DNA of 63,147 nucleotides, filler included, from Octopus bimaculoides (Eukaryota), in assembly GCF_001194135.2 (NCBI RefSeq). It is 5 parts of 4 records of this genome, joined end to end, with 100 filler letters (N's around TTAATTAATTAA, not from the genome) between each part and the next. Parts side by side here need not be neighbours in the genome. Positions count along the whole stretch, not along the records: positions 45,935 to 59,470 come from NC_068985.1; positions 59,571 to 63,147 come from NC_068983.1; 3 more parts are not named here. One strand, 5' to 3'. Below, in pieces: positions 45,935 to 60,853 of this stretch. A model generated the notes under the pieces. It was not told the DNA's origin. It worked only from the letters and a program-made list of their open reading frames with translations, and made no database searches. The position numbers and the translations under genes were made by a program. Position 1 is the first letter of the stretch; the number at the start of each line of letters is the position of its first letter.

Positions 45935-48900
45935 AGACAGAGAGACACACACACACTCCCACACTCACACAAAACACTCCCACGCACACACACAGATGCA
46001 CACATACATACACACACATACGCACACATACGTACACACCCTCACACATACATACGGTTGCTCACACACACACACACACCACAAGGACGATCAAAACAAC
46101 ACATACATACTCAGACAAAGAGATATAAGCACACTCTCACGTACGCACACCTAACATCCCCACCGACACAAAAAACACTCAAACACACACTCATATACAC
46201 ATTCCACAATAAACTCTGGGACCAATAAAAACGGCACACCCACACAAACACACACACACGGACACAAACACACATATATACACACACACATAGAGATGTG
46301 CACAAAACCAGNNNNNNNNNNGCACACCCACACAAACACACACACACGGACACAAACACACATATATACACACACACATAGAGATGTGCACAAAACCAGT
46401 CCCAAAAACCAGTGAACCATGACAGACTGTCACAGACCAACCAAAAATAAAATTAAAAAATCCTTTTTAACTCTTCTTCCCTCCCACCCCAGCTAGCGAT
46501 TCATACTCTCTCTTAAGACAGTAAAACATTCCCTCAATATACACAAGAGGAAAAAGCCAGGTCAGTTCCTCTTCAACTTTATTGTCAAAGAATATGTATC
46601 AGAATATGTATATGTATTTTTCCATATGTGTATTTTCATTTTAATATCAGAGAATGTGTGATAATCAGTATGTAACAATACAAAGTTCATACAAAGCTTT
46701 ATACTTTAAATATATTTTATCATCAAAGAATGTATATATGCATTTTAATTCTCGAACTGTTTTTTAACATTTTTTATTATTCTCAAAGACTTTTGATAAT
46801 CTTTTTCTAAAAATGTAAAACCGNNNNNNNNNNNNNNNNNNNNNNNNNNNNNNNNNNNNNNNNNNNNNNNNNNNNNNNNNNNNNNNNNNNNNNNACGGAA
46901 CTAAGATATTTATTACACTTTTCCCAAAATTAGAAGACAACCTTTCAAGACCCGGAATAGTATAAAAGATCAAATGCGCAGTAATTGTTAGAAAAAAAAT
47001 AGAAACTTACTAACGATAGTTATTAGTGAAAGTATTTTGAAAAATGGCAGCGAGACCAGTATTATTTCAATTTACAAACAGATTAAATAATTAGATCATT
47101 TGTTGATTAATTTTAAATATTGTTTTCATCTTTTGCTTGTGCGTCTGTTGGCTTTCGATCTTATTGCTCATTTTGTTTTATAATTTTATCTAATTTTTTT
47201 TTTGTTTCCTGAATATCAAGATTTCGCTTGAAATTAGCAATTGAGTGCAGTTGTAATATAATTAATACTATCGAGTGAATTATTAGGTAATTAAACTAGC
47301 TGCATGATTAGCTTTTATATTACGACATTTAGGTAATTATATTTAAATAAGAAATTAACTTGCGGTATCAAGATCTGTAGTATTTCTCTTTTTCATCTTG
47401 ACAGCAATTATTTCCTGTTACAGAGTAAAGTTTAACTGATTGTGTTCATTCCATATATGCTAGAACATATACATCAAAGCGCTATGAGGTCGCATACTCA
47501 CAGCTGTTAGAACACCTAAGAATATAAACCTTAAAATACGACAAAATACATGTTGGCACATCATATTTTCGTATATTAATATTGAATCGTAGGACCTCCC
47601 GATTAACTATTTACTGATACGTATCTGTGTTGTTTGCCATGCACTCAAGGAATGATCAATATAAAAGTATTTCAGCGGCTTTCTTATATCTGGGGCTTAT
47701 AGAAAAGCCCAATAGTTAATGAAGCACTATATATATGGGGTACATAGTATACAGCATATAGATGTGTGCGGATGTATTAACCTAGGTATATATGTATGCA
47801 AATGTGCGCATCGGTATATAAAAGTGAAGGTGTTTGTGTATATATATATATATATNNNNNNNNNNNNNNNNNNNNNNNNNNNNNNNNNNNNNNNNNNNNN
47901 NNNNNNNNNNNNNNNNNNNNNNNNNNNNNNNNNNNNNNNNNNNNNNNNNNNNNNNNNNNNNNNNNNNNNNNNNNNNNAGAGAGAGAGAGAGAGAGAGAGA
48001 GTGAGAGAGAGAGAGAAAGAGAGAGAGACACACACAGAGATAGATAGGTAGATAGATATACATTTTTATGTACATGTACATGTACATGCATACACATACA
48101 CCCGCGTGCACCTACACACACGCGCAGTGTATGTATTGAAATAACTTTACTGGGATAGCAAAAACGAGAACGCTCTGAATATAATGTGTAATTTCAATTA
48201 AATAAGATTATTTTAATTAATTAATGAGTTCAGTTGTAATAAATGTCGAACTTGCCATACATTGGAAGCAATAACTTAGTTTAGTAAAAGAAGAAATTCC
48301 GCGTCTTTCAGGCAAACATTCCAGGAAACCATGCATCGTGTACTTAAATATAGGGCTTTCGAATTTATAATTGGATCACAACACCTTCAGATACTTTGCA
48401 ACGGATTTTGATTTGGGAAAAGAAAAGATGCTTTATATGTGTAATCAAAGCGTGTGTATTGACATGTAAATACGCAAGTTGACTATAATTCATGGAACAA
48501 TAAGAATGAGTCATTTCTGTGTCACCCTCAATAATATTGTTCTAGTATCATATGCTTCATTTCCTTGTGGATATTTTCCATCTATATTAATGTCATACGA
48601 CAGTAAATTTATTTCGTCTGGTCACACATCCTTCTCCTTCACTGTGAAATTGTGATAGCAAGTATCTTTTGGTTTCGTCTCAATGTCTATCTATTATTTA
48701 ACTAAACTTGATATCGTATCTACACCGCTTAAAAAGGATGTGTGAATATTCGGCAGTTACAGCTCATAGCAACAATATCTTGGAAAAATGTTATCTGCAT
48801 CATAGTTGGCCCTTCCTATGAATGTATCAGTATATTTATCAACGAATGTAATAATATATATGTTTCCAGTTATATATTTCTATATTTGTGCGTATTTATA

Positions 48901-51900
48901 AGGGAGAACTTTATTGTATAAGAATTTTGTAATGTCAAATAAGGGCAACGTAAGCATTACATCCTTTGTATTTCATTTTATATCCTACAATGATTATATT
49001 ACTGTACATAAATACGAAGTGAGTTGTGTGGCCTTTATCATCATATAACATACTAGAATAAGCATTATTTTCGACAAATCAATGCATTTATACAATAAGG
49101 CCGACAAGAATAGAAGTGTGTTTCTTATATTTCCCATGTCGTTACCATAAATATGTAACAACATACATAGGAATGAATAGTCTGTACATATAACTATGTA
49201 CGGACTATTAAAGCAGTCTATATATGCTGGGAATAGGAGAAAACGTTATCTGATTTCGAATGATGGTTGTACGCACTTCATAAACATTATTACCATTTCT
49301 GAGCTGACTCAAACATTTTGGGTGGAATAGGAAAGAATACCTCTTCCATTCTCCATGATTTGAATTGTGTTATGTTTTGCTTCATAAATATGATCCATCG
49401 CACGATGTTTGGCTGAACGCACTACATTTCTCGTCGTTGCGTTTCCCAAGTTATGACGTTTTAAGCTACGTTCACACCAGTTTGGAAAATCTCGGGGTTT
49501 TATCTATTTACTGCAATATTTTCTGAATTCAAATGTATGAGAAATAAATTCGACCTAGATGAAATTTGAAATCAAGCGCAAACTATTATATAGAATTAAG
49601 GGCATAGACAGCATGTCTGATGAGTTGCCGAGATTTTATTCGTAAAAACATTGCTTATTGCAATAAATGTACAATGCATACAGGCATACACATATATGTG
49701 TGTGAGTGTGTGACAGTGTGTGTGAGCATGTAGGTACACGCGTACATATGTATTTATTAATATTCATTATGTAACATACGACTAACTTCACGGATGTCAA
49801 TGAGACTGTTACATTTGAGAATACTGTTGTTTGCGTGTAAGTCAAATTGCCACTAGAGAGGAGTAGGCGGAAGCCTTTGGGTACAGCTTTAAAACGAAGT
49901 TCTTAATCGCCACCTTCTGTTATATTACGTGTACAGCTCTTTGTATCAGCTTTAATCCCACCTACATCCATCGAAGACAGGGATTTTAAAACTTTTTAAA
50001 AGATTTAATGAAATTAATTATTATTGAAACTAAGAATTTTTACTGGAGTTCAAAAAAATATGTACTGGTAGCTACCTTTAAATAATTTTTCCACAGAATA
50101 AAAGAAAATTGCCAAAAGAACATACATGAAATCAACGAATATTTAACTTATAAAAACTAATTCCCTCCAAACAAATTGTTTTTACTTCCCCTCATACGCC
50201 AGACTCCTCTTCTCCCGATTAGGTTTGATGCACTTTCTCCTTCTAAACCCCATGACAGATCTTAAAATAATTATTACTTTATTTTTAGAGTCTTTTCCAA
50301 CAATGTAATTCTCAGGTGAATATGTGAGTTGTAGATTGGTAAATCTTTATATGTCTCCTGTGCACAATTATGGTTGTTCTAAGTCACAGAAAATCGTTGT
50401 TTCTTATTTTATTTCAAGCTGATTTGAAACATAAGAAACAATAATTTTGTCGTGATCGAACAGCACAAACTGTATTAACGTTTTGGTTTGCTGTGTTTTC
50501 TTTTTACGTTCTCCTTATTGATATTAGCTGCACATTTCTTAATCTAAATTACCACATCTGTATTTCAAGTCAAACAGAAAGTTTATTCTATGTTCTTTCT
50601 AAACTAAGAGCACAAAAAAAATTATAGCAACTACTCTAACATTAAAACAAGTTCTTTTTTTTACCACAAATCATTGTTTTAGCAATGCAGTTACTACATG
50701 CCGCTAACCCAATTCTCGCGTTACCAAAATAAGCTTTTGTTTATTTATGTCATAATTTTCTGAAACTCATCTACATATGTTAAAAAGGAGAGTAAGGAAG
50801 CGCAATAAAACCCATAATTAAATCAAAATGATTTAAGGACAATATAATATATTGTTGTTTTAACTCAAAATTTTCTGAAAATCATCTACATATCTTATAA
50901 ATTAGATTAAGGATGGACAATAAAACACTTATAGTTAATTAATCATCCACTAAATATATAATTGCCTGTAGTCTATTCAGAGTGTATAGTGAGTTTGAAA
51001 ATCCCTCAGTTTAAAGTGTTATACCTTCTTGAAATAATTCTCACAGTACCTTAAATGTTTCATTACTTAATCTTAAAAAAATATACGTCATCACTTTTAT
51101 CTTTAAACTTAATATATCCTTAATCAATTCGACAATGGAAACATCACCAACTAATTTTTGAAGGTAGTCTTTCACGAACATAATATAGGAGTCCTGGCAC
51201 TTAAATTATTAAGAGTTAAATGTTTTTTTAAAACAAATATTGCATTTCTACTCAAAAATGTGAATAAGAAAGAGATCAATAGTTAAACTAGAGACCAACA
51301 TTTTGGATTAACTGATACAAGAGAGGCTCGTGACATATTGACATACAAAGGACGCAATGAACCTCTGGGTTGTACCTGCTGAAGATTTACAGAATCAAAT
51401 GAGTATTTAACGCACGTAATTATCCCGAGATTTTACCCTTATGATCACTATATGGTAATTAATGTTCTTTGAAAAAGATAAATATGCAGAAATACTTATC
51501 TGATATATAGTAATATAATAACATCTTTATAATATATTCACGCTATACTAGAAACCTGAGACAATAAAAGATTGAAAATTATATTCGTTTACAACACATT
51601 CCTCAACTCGTATTTAAACGTTTATATATTGTTGACTAACACGAATGCTCTCATATTTTGAGCAACAAAACAGGAATTCAGCGCTGCTAATGCGATTCTA
51701 AATGGCATTAATTGCATTATACAACAATCAGAATGTTGCGCTAGTTTTAAGACGCCTATTGCTTACAACTTGTAAACGTTATGGTTTAGCTGAATGGTAA
51801 CACAATAATAGCAACAACCACTATAAATAACGCACATAGATTTGCCAAGTCAAACGTAACCCCATAATATATAATTATGATTGACTTAGCTTAAAATCCT

Positions 51901-54743
51901 TTGGTTTGGGAGACAATAATTTGAAAGTGAAGAACGTAGCGTTCCGAATAGAATTAACAGCGAATATTTCGTGGATTCATAAGAGAAAAGACCAAAGTAG
52001 AAACAATAAATCATTTGCATATTTAGAATTAGATGTGAATATTTATATACAAAATATTCAATGAAATCAAAGGTAGTCCAGCGTTTAAATGATACATTTA
52101 TGCTATTTTACTGTTAGAGGTTTTTCTGTTACACTTCCCAAAGGAAACTCTTCCTTTTATAAACACATAAAACAGAAAGACACAAACGTTGCATGGAGGA
52201 TTGCTTTTATAACTAGGATTTTCTCCTCCTATATTTCTAAATCCCTACTCATAAATAGGAAAATGAGTTAACAAATATTTCTGTCCCTTGCTGAGTAGGT
52301 ATTCTTCAACAGAGATTTAATATTGCGTGAAGTCAAGGCGGTGAGGTGGGAGATTCTTCAACACGCCACGCAAAATGCTTTGTGGTATTCTATGTTTAAC
52401 TTCCACCGAGAGCGACTTTGTGATTTATCCTTTCAGGGTTGATAAAAAAAATAACAGCTGAGCACCGGGACTGATATAATCAACTTTACTCCTATCTCGA
52501 AATCTCTGGCCTTGTGTCAAAATTTAAAAACCAATATTGTGTGATGCTTCATTTGGTTTCTTTTCCTTTTGTTGTTTTGCCTAGACTTCATAAATGGAAA
52601 TTCTAACGAAAATATGATCTAAATGCTGGATGTATTAACAAATAGCAAAATCTCACTGAAAGGAAAATGAAAATTTGATAAGGCAGACAAAAAAGAAAAT
52701 CATCTTCAATTCACCAAAAAGATGGCCAAAACAATGGCGGAACAATTGAATATTTTTCTTTTAAACATAAACTTGCACTTTTCAAATTGAGCTAGAATTA
52801 ACCAAACACCAAATAGATCATAAAACTGTTTTGATGTCTACTTAAGAACTGAGGGAATCATAACTGTAGTCATGTTAACTGACTTTCATCCATCTAGAAG
52901 AAAAACAAGCAGAATGCGAATAATAAGGATTTCAAAAACTTACTTAAATGTGAGTGTCTGGAGAGATATTACTCTGATGGGGGCTATGCGTTATGATGTC
53001 TCTGTGTGTGTATGTGTGCGTGCGTGTATGTATATGTATGTATGTGAATTTATATATATGTATATGGATTGTGTGCCAATCCGTTACAGCTGTTTCCAAC
53101 GTGTTTTAAATGGTTAATGGAGAAATTCCATCACAAGAAGACTCTGTTTTCTTTAGGTGAGTACATGAATCACAACATTCTAAACCATTCATAACTTTAC
53201 AGTAGTATAACTGAGTAAATGCTCCCGCTGTAAAGAAATATTTAGACGTCAACAAGAAAGCCACTATCTTGTGGTTACTGAAACAACTGGAAAATGTAAA
53301 GAAATCTCATTCGATTTAAAGCCTAACGTCGTAAGCAAGTAAGACACTAGGCAACGTAGAACTTGAGAGTTCTTTTCAAAAGAGGTGATACATAATCTTG
53401 TAATGATTTTGATGAAAGCTATATTAGATCAAAAATGCACGTCATTTATACAAGAACGGCAGAAAACCATACAGAAATGCTTTCCTACGTAATGGATAGC
53501 TTAAATCGTTTTAGTATTAGTAGACTGGATACACAACTTAGATATTAAGGTAGAAAGCTGAAGTACAGAATAATTGTTTGGAATCGTGTGTTTATATTTA
53601 GTCAAGACTTGCTTAGGTTCAGGTAATTTATTCTAAATGTGAAACCGATATGAATAAAGTCGGTAGGTATCTGTAAAACGTAGAGCATAAGTAAATGAAA
53701 ATCTACCAGTATTTCCGAGGGGACCGTTGCATGTGAATGTTCAATTTAATATTAATATATCTATGTAAGGATCTGTATGAAAACCTACGCAGAAATGAAA
53801 GTAAACAAACCACACTTTTTAAGGTGGCTCATCATTTTCCCTGGGTGTACTTCCGCGTGGCTGCAGCCTTGGGGCCGAAACGTATATGAGAATTCAAGAA
53901 TATCTGAATAGTAGAATATAAGAATAGTAGAGTATAGATACTTATTACTCGAGCAACAAGAGATAAAGTGAGTATTTAAACTAAATTGAGAGGGTCATTG
54001 CACGAATAACAATAAAGACACACACGGTTTCAATTTCACTTTCTGATCGACTAATCGATCGTTTGGTCAATTTTTTGGTTAAGCAATCAATCAGTAGTTT
54101 GCGAAATTCCTTTCTTTCTCGCCATCTCCGATGACATGATCAATCTCCTCCACATCTGTTTCTTGGCGTAATGATCTTCCAGGATAAAAATACGATTTGT
54201 TTCAACATACAAGTTCACATCGAAAATCTTGAAATACCATTAAAAACAAAATAAGAAAGGTATGAATTGAAAGACCTTTCTTCAAAACATATTCAAAGGA
54301 AGACTACGGTGTGGAAGTGTTGTCATTTGGCGGTTCGCTCTCAGACTGGTCAACAGATGAACACATATCTATTAATCGCTTGGAAATATAGTGAAATATG
54401 TCATGTCTGGTTTGTGTCGGATTTACTTTCATTCTTTGCACGAGCGAGTTACTGTCTGATGCTATCTTTAGGACAATCATTTCCTTCGTATATTTTGACA
54501 ATGATATATTTCTAAAATATATAAAAACATTATTCATAGCAGCAAATTTTCTTCAGAAAATATTAGGCACTTTTAGACTTCTACGTAAAAGGATTAAAAA
54601 AAAAGTTATGTCATCTGTCTAACTATCTGTCTATCTGTCTATCTGTCTGTCTATCTGTCTGTCTGTCTGTCTCTCTCTCTCCCTCTCTCTCTCTCCCTAT
54701 ATATATATATACATGTATACACACACACACACACACACGCGCA

Positions 54744-54807
<64 letters not shown>

Positions 54808-55029
54808 ATACAAATAATATGTGAGTATATGCATATATACGTACATGTATGTATATACCTACATCTACATGTATATATAGATGCATATCTGGGTACAGAA
54901 CGTCACAAAAAAACGTGGACAAAATGAAAAACAGAACATAAACAGAGCACAGAAAGCACACAGGCCACATAGAGAACAGTTCCTTCATCAGCTGCCACCA
55001 TTCTAAAATTAAGCGTCTTGAAGAGTTAG

Positions 55030-55410
55030 GATTGTACATGATACATTGCGAAAATAACTATAACGATTCAAATACTAAGAAATAAGCATACTCAATTTGA
55101 TTTTTACCAAATAATTTAGGAAAATAAATGGGTTTTTCATCTTGGCTATATATAAGGATCCCTTCCAGGTACGAATGGTTATTTCCATTGGTTTTTATAA
55201 TAAAATATATTAGATATATAACGATCCCTTCCAGGAGCCCTATTATCAATGTTTTCAATAATCTGAGTATGCCATGAGGTTTCGAGACATAAGTTGTACT
55301 CACGTGTCAAATTTCATCAAAATCGATAAAACGATGTAGGAGGAGTTAGCTAACAACTTCGCAAACGCACTCACAGACAGAATTTCCCTATTATGTTGTT
55401 GATATATATA
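55030..55410. mobile_element. Non-autonomous Helitron/Helentron-like repeat
   Basis: aaatttcatcaaaatcgata...ggaggagttag...cacagacagaatttcc...tatatat terminus typical of HINE/DINE-like elements; internal direct repeat gatcccttccagg twice. Confidence 0.45.
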
Positions 55411-55429
55411 TATATATATATATATGTGC

Positions 55430-55463
<34 letters not shown>

Positions 55464-55499
55464 GTATGCATATATGTGTGTGTGTGTATGGATATCTGC

Positions 55500-55587
<88 letters not shown>

Positions 55588-56141
55588 CCTATATTTGTAT
55601 ATACACATATATATGCAAATATATATTTATCAGTGTGCATGTATATATATGTGTGTATGTGTGTGCATGTCTGTGTGTGTGATATGTTTATAGGGGTGAT
55701 TGAGAAAGGGACGAATGCAGAGCGTTGGAATTAAATTGAACTGTAATTCAAGACAAATGGATTTCGACGAAGTAATGTATAATGAAAGCATGAAATTAAT
55801 AAGGACAGAGTAGTATTCTTGAATAATTAATTCTCTGAAAGTAGAGGAAACCATCTTTTTTGTTTTGACAAATGTATTAAACTTTACCGAAGACGAAAAG
55901 CTACAATCTTTTTTTACAATACTAAAAGTTGCATTCGCCTTGAGACGCTTCAATCATTTCCACATTCATCTCCTAATCGCTGTTGATTTCGCTCTCACTT
56001 CCCCCCCCCTCTCCCCCCTCTCCCTCTCTCTCTCTCTCTCTCTTTATTTTTCTTTCTGTCTATGTATATATCAAAGTATGTATCTTTCTAGTTGCCTGTC
56101 TAGATATATATATGTATTCTGTATATTTTTCGCTTTACATA

Positions 56142-56345
56142 CGAGTGGGTGTTTGAAACGTTCCTGGCTTTGGGTAAAATAATATAGAAGAAGGTGAGTT
56201 AATTATGATTTTATTCATCATATTCCCCTCCCAGATTCACACGCTTATTGCAGCGGCCCTCCAATATTTCTAATCTATGTAAAAGACCTCACAATTTTGA
56301 AATCCAACCAGGCCTTTTGCGATATCCTTAAAGCAATCTCTCATA
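56142..56345. mobile_element. Mariner-like terminal fragment
   Basis: TA then CGAGtGGGTGTTTGAAAcGTTCC, followed by atattcccctcccagattcacacgcttattgcagcgg typical of mariner ends; no partner TIR seen. Confidence 0.55.
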
Positions 56346-56394
56346 TGCGTGCCTGTATACGTGTGTTGGTGTGTGCATCGAAACAGAATCCGAG

Positions 56395-57290
56395 CAACTT
56401 AACTGGTCCTTCCGTCCAGTGCTCCACCACGCTGTCGGTTGGCATGGACCTGCTCTCTATATGCCGAACTCCAGGCACACAAACTCATCCTAGTTCATCA
56501 TTGCTTCTGTCACCGCTTCATAATCCCTCAGGGTAATGCCGACCATCTCGATTTCCGAGATGTCTGACACTATCACGGTGACGTCGTTTGCATACGCTGA
56601 GACAAACCTTCTGCATCCTAGTTCACGCAAGATTCTCCTCGAAACCTATAAGTTCCGCTGTAATGTTTCGATTGGTGCCAGTACGTAGTATGGAGTGAGA
56701 GTGGGCATCCTTGACGGAGGGAACGTGTGATACTAAACATTTCCGATAGGTGGCCATTTACTTTAACCACCGAACAGATATAACTGTATATTACAGTGAT
56801 CATGCCTCTGAAAACGGGACCGAAAATAGTCGCCTTGAGGACGACCGCCAAGTACAGATGGTCAACATTATCAAAAGCGTTCGATTGATCTAAATGCATC
56901 AGGGATTTTCTCTAAATGCTCTGGTTTCACATGGAGAAGAACCAAATTCTCCCTCCTCGATCTTTTTAAATCTAGGAGATTCTCTCACCCGTCCGTAAAT
57001 TACAGGTGCGAATACACATTAAATCCAGGTCTGGTGGGACACCAATTACCGTAATTCGTACCGCCCTTCTTCCCATGTGCGTTGAGAAGAGGGTGATTTC
57101 CTCCGTGCAACGCGTAGTCACAGAGATCTGTATGGAATGCCCTTCGGTCTTAAAAACGGAATTCTACTTCGCCGTACTGCCTCGCTCTCGAAATGTGATG
57201 GATATCCTGCCATATACTTTCAATGCTTTTTCTACCTTTTTCGAGTTTCTTTGTCTTAGTGTCCACGCACTTTCAGCCAGCTGTCCTTTT
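56395..57290 (-). mobile_element. L1/Tx1-clade LINE RT fragment
   Basis: LDQSNAFDNVDHLYL, VKVNGHLS, SLRQGCPLS, then AYANDVTV (decayed YADD) after a frameshift. Confidence 0.88.
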
Positions 57291-57538
57291 GGCTGTTGAT
57301 TGAAGGACGGAAACTGGAGGTGCCAATTCTGCCCTACTACCATTCATTTTCATATATTTTGCTGCCTTGTTTAGTTTTTCTATTTTGTTCTCCAATGCAA
57401 TGTTAAACTAAAACTAGTAGAATAGACTTGTCCCAGTTACCACGCGGTGAGACTGAACCCAGAAGCATGTGGTTGAGAAGCCAGCTTCTTACCTCACATC
57501 TACGCCTTTCTCTGTCTTTCTATGTGTTTGTATATCTA

Positions 57539-57574
<36 letters not shown>

Positions 57575-59433
57575 ATTATAAATATACAGGGATTAGCAAT
57601 TGAGTTGCTTCTNNNNNNNNNNNNNNNNNNNNNNNNNNNNNNNNNNNNNNNNNNNNNNNNNNNNNNNNNNNNNNNNNNNNNNNNNNNNNNNNNNNNNNNN
57701 NNNNNNNNNNNNNNNNNNNNNNNNNNNNNNNNNNNNNNNNNNNNNNNNNNNNNNNNNNNNNNNNNNNNNNNNNNNNNNNNNNNNNNNNNNNNNNNNNNNN
57801 NNNNNNNNNNNNNNNNNNNNNNNNNNNNNNNNNNNNNNNNNNNNNNNNNNNNNNNNNNNNNNNNNNNNNNNNNNNNNNNNNNNNNNNNNNNNNNNNNNNN
57901 NNNNNNNNNNNNNNNNNNNNNNNNNNNNNNNNNNNNNNNNNNNNNNNNNNNNNNNNNNNNNNNNNNNNNNNNNNNNNNNTATATATACTACACACATACA
58001 CACACATACATATGTATGTAAATGTGAATATATATTTATATGTAAAACTCTAGGCTGATCTGCGTGTAGTGAAACTGTTTGTAATAGTACTTTCCTGCTT
58101 CTCCCATGTGTATAAATGGCACGTTTTCATTGCGTCGCACTTTACAGAAGAGACTCCGTTAATATTAATTAGCTCTATTAATTTCAATAGACAGTCAAAG
58201 CATCCATTCTTTCGCAAATTATTATCGGCCAGTATAATTGAACTTCGGTTGTAGGCTCAGATAATCAAGATATTAACATTCGCCATTCTCAGCAATATGT
58301 TGCTGGAGTGTTTTATAGCGCAAGTTTATAGAAAACTTTTTTCAATGCCTTATAAGAAGACTAGCGTTTGATTGAAAATGATCTCTGCAACTATAACAGT
58401 AAAGAAAAAAAAAAGGAAAGTACATTTATATTTGAAATTGAATATAAACTTTCTTTGGAGATCTACCGTAGTCTTTCACTCTAAATTCCTTCTGTTACTC
58501 CATTGATAAGGGGAAATTGAACGTATACTGATACTTCGTTTTATTCTTTATTAAGCAGTAAATATGGTTGCGGCACACGTTATTATTTTCTTTGTATTTC
58601 ATCTGCTACGCACTGATAGCAAATAAATGTTGATTTAATATTATAATGGAAGCAGATCATAGACTTGTATATATCAAGTTTATATTGATTATAATGAACG
58701 ACTGGTTTCAGACAGATATTTCCTCCTGACGGCTTCTTACTTCGCTTGTGGTGAATGACATAACAAGCATAGATTTCAAACTTATGAATACGTAATATTT
58801 TGTCTGTTATATTGACTGAGACTCTATTAAATACATTACATTCTTAGAAGCAGCATAACTAATTACTGTTGAACCAAAATGCTCGGGTTCCTGCAAGTGA
58901 AAATGAATAGAAAATGAATAGAATTCTTGTAGGCGTTTCACTTATTGGTAGCGATGTTATGATTCTTTAATGACATGATATATGTAAGGCGGTAATATAT
59001 GTATATTGCTCGCCTAATTTGCCGGTGTTAAAACTGGTAAACTATTGATTACATGAAGCTGATTATTTAAGAGAAGTTATTATTTCTTCCGTTATTCCAA
59101 AGCAACAACCCATTTATCAGTTATGGTACTATACTTGGTGAGTGATCCATAATTATTATTTTTTTTTTACTTACGCCAAAGCGAATGCACACATAAACAC
59201 TTTCACAACTACATACATAAACATCCCTGCTCACATGCATATATACGCATTTCTAAATACATCATATATATAGACATGTCTTTATATGTATGAATATATA
59301 TATAAATGGACGAATGAATTATCCTTTGCTTACAGTTAACACGGAAAATTCAATAAACAGTTACCAGGGTAGCAAAATTCACGCAAGTAACATCTGCGTT
59401 CAATTCCATTTATTTACTTATACTACGTATATG

Positions 59434-59470
<37 letters not shown>

Positions 59471-59570
59471 NNNNNNNNNNNNNNNNNNNNNNNNNNNNNN
59501 NNNNNNNNNNNNNNTTAATTAATTAANNNNNNNNNNNNNNNNNNNNNNNNNNNNNNNNNNNNNNNNNNNN
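59471..59570. other. Artificial scaffold-join linker
   Basis: Identical 100-bp cassette. Confidence 0.95.
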
Positions 59571-59603
<33 letters not shown>

Positions 59604-59726
59604 ATTGTCGGTAATAATAGTCTTGATAACAAGTACAACAATAACATTTCCTTTATCTGCCAATAAGAAATTATAGCAACAATAAGATGAATACTTAAAC
59701 AAACCAGAAAATAAGATAGATATATG

Positions 59727-59787
<61 letters not shown>

Positions 59788-60215
59788 AGAAGTAGAAAAA
59801 AAGAGGGTTGGTGAGAAATAAGAAGGATATATAAATAGAGAGAGAGAGAAAGAGAGAGAGAGAGAAAAGCTCGTGGCTGGCGGCCATGGAAGTTTTGTTG
59901 TTTCTTCATTTTAAGTATCGTCTCATATCAGCCATGTTTCCGTAGCTTGTTTTGTACAGCAACCAATGAAAGAAGCAAAAGAATAAGAACAAGAGAGTTT
60001 GCCACAGGTTTTTTCCATTCTTTTTCTTCTTTTCTTCCTTTTACTTCTTTCTTTCTTTCTTTCTTTCTTTCTTTATTTCTTTCTTTCTTTCTTTCTTTCT
60101 TCTTCTTCTTCTTCTTTCCCTCTCGTCTTTCTTTTTTACTTACTTTTCCATATATTTCTAATTCTCTCACGCAGTTCTCTCCATATTCCTGATAATCATT
60201 CGCTTTTCCTTTTTC

Positions 60216-60249
<34 letters not shown>

Positions 60250-60802
60250 NNNNNNNNNNNNNNNNNNNNNNNNNNNNNNNNNNNNNNNNNNNNNNNNNNN
60301 NNNNNNNNNNNNNNNNNNNNNNNNNNNNNNNNNNNNNNNNNNNNNNNNNNNNNNNNNNNNNNNNNNNNNNNNNNNNNNNNNNNNNNNNNNNNNNNNNNNN
60401 NNNNNNNNNNNNNNNNNNNNNNNNNNNNNNNNNNNNNNNNNNNNNNNNNNNNNNNNNNNNNNNNNNNNNNNNNNNNNNNNNNNNNNNNNNNNNNNNNNNN
60501 NNNNNNNNNNNNNNNNNNNNNNNNNNNNNNNNNNNNNNNNNNNNNNNNNNNNNNNNNNNNNNNNNNNNNNNNNNNNNNNNNNNNNNNNNNNNNNNNNNNN
60601 NNNNNNNNNNNNNNNNNNNNNNNNNNNNNNNNNNNNNNNNNNNNNNNNNNNNNNNNNNNNNNNNNNNNNNNNNNNNNNNNNNNNNNNNNNNNNNNNNNNN
60701 NNNNNNNATTTAAGTATGTATGTATAGTTGCATATACCTAGCTTCCTCTCTGATATATAAAGAGAGAGGCAGGTGGGGGATGAAAGAGAAGGAACATGAA
60801 CT

Positions 60803-60853
<51 letters not shown>

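Noticed and set aside
48510-49300. Semi-open minus-strand frame suggesting a pseudogene
   Set aside because: Many stops, no recognisable motif; consistent with random AT-rich DNA.
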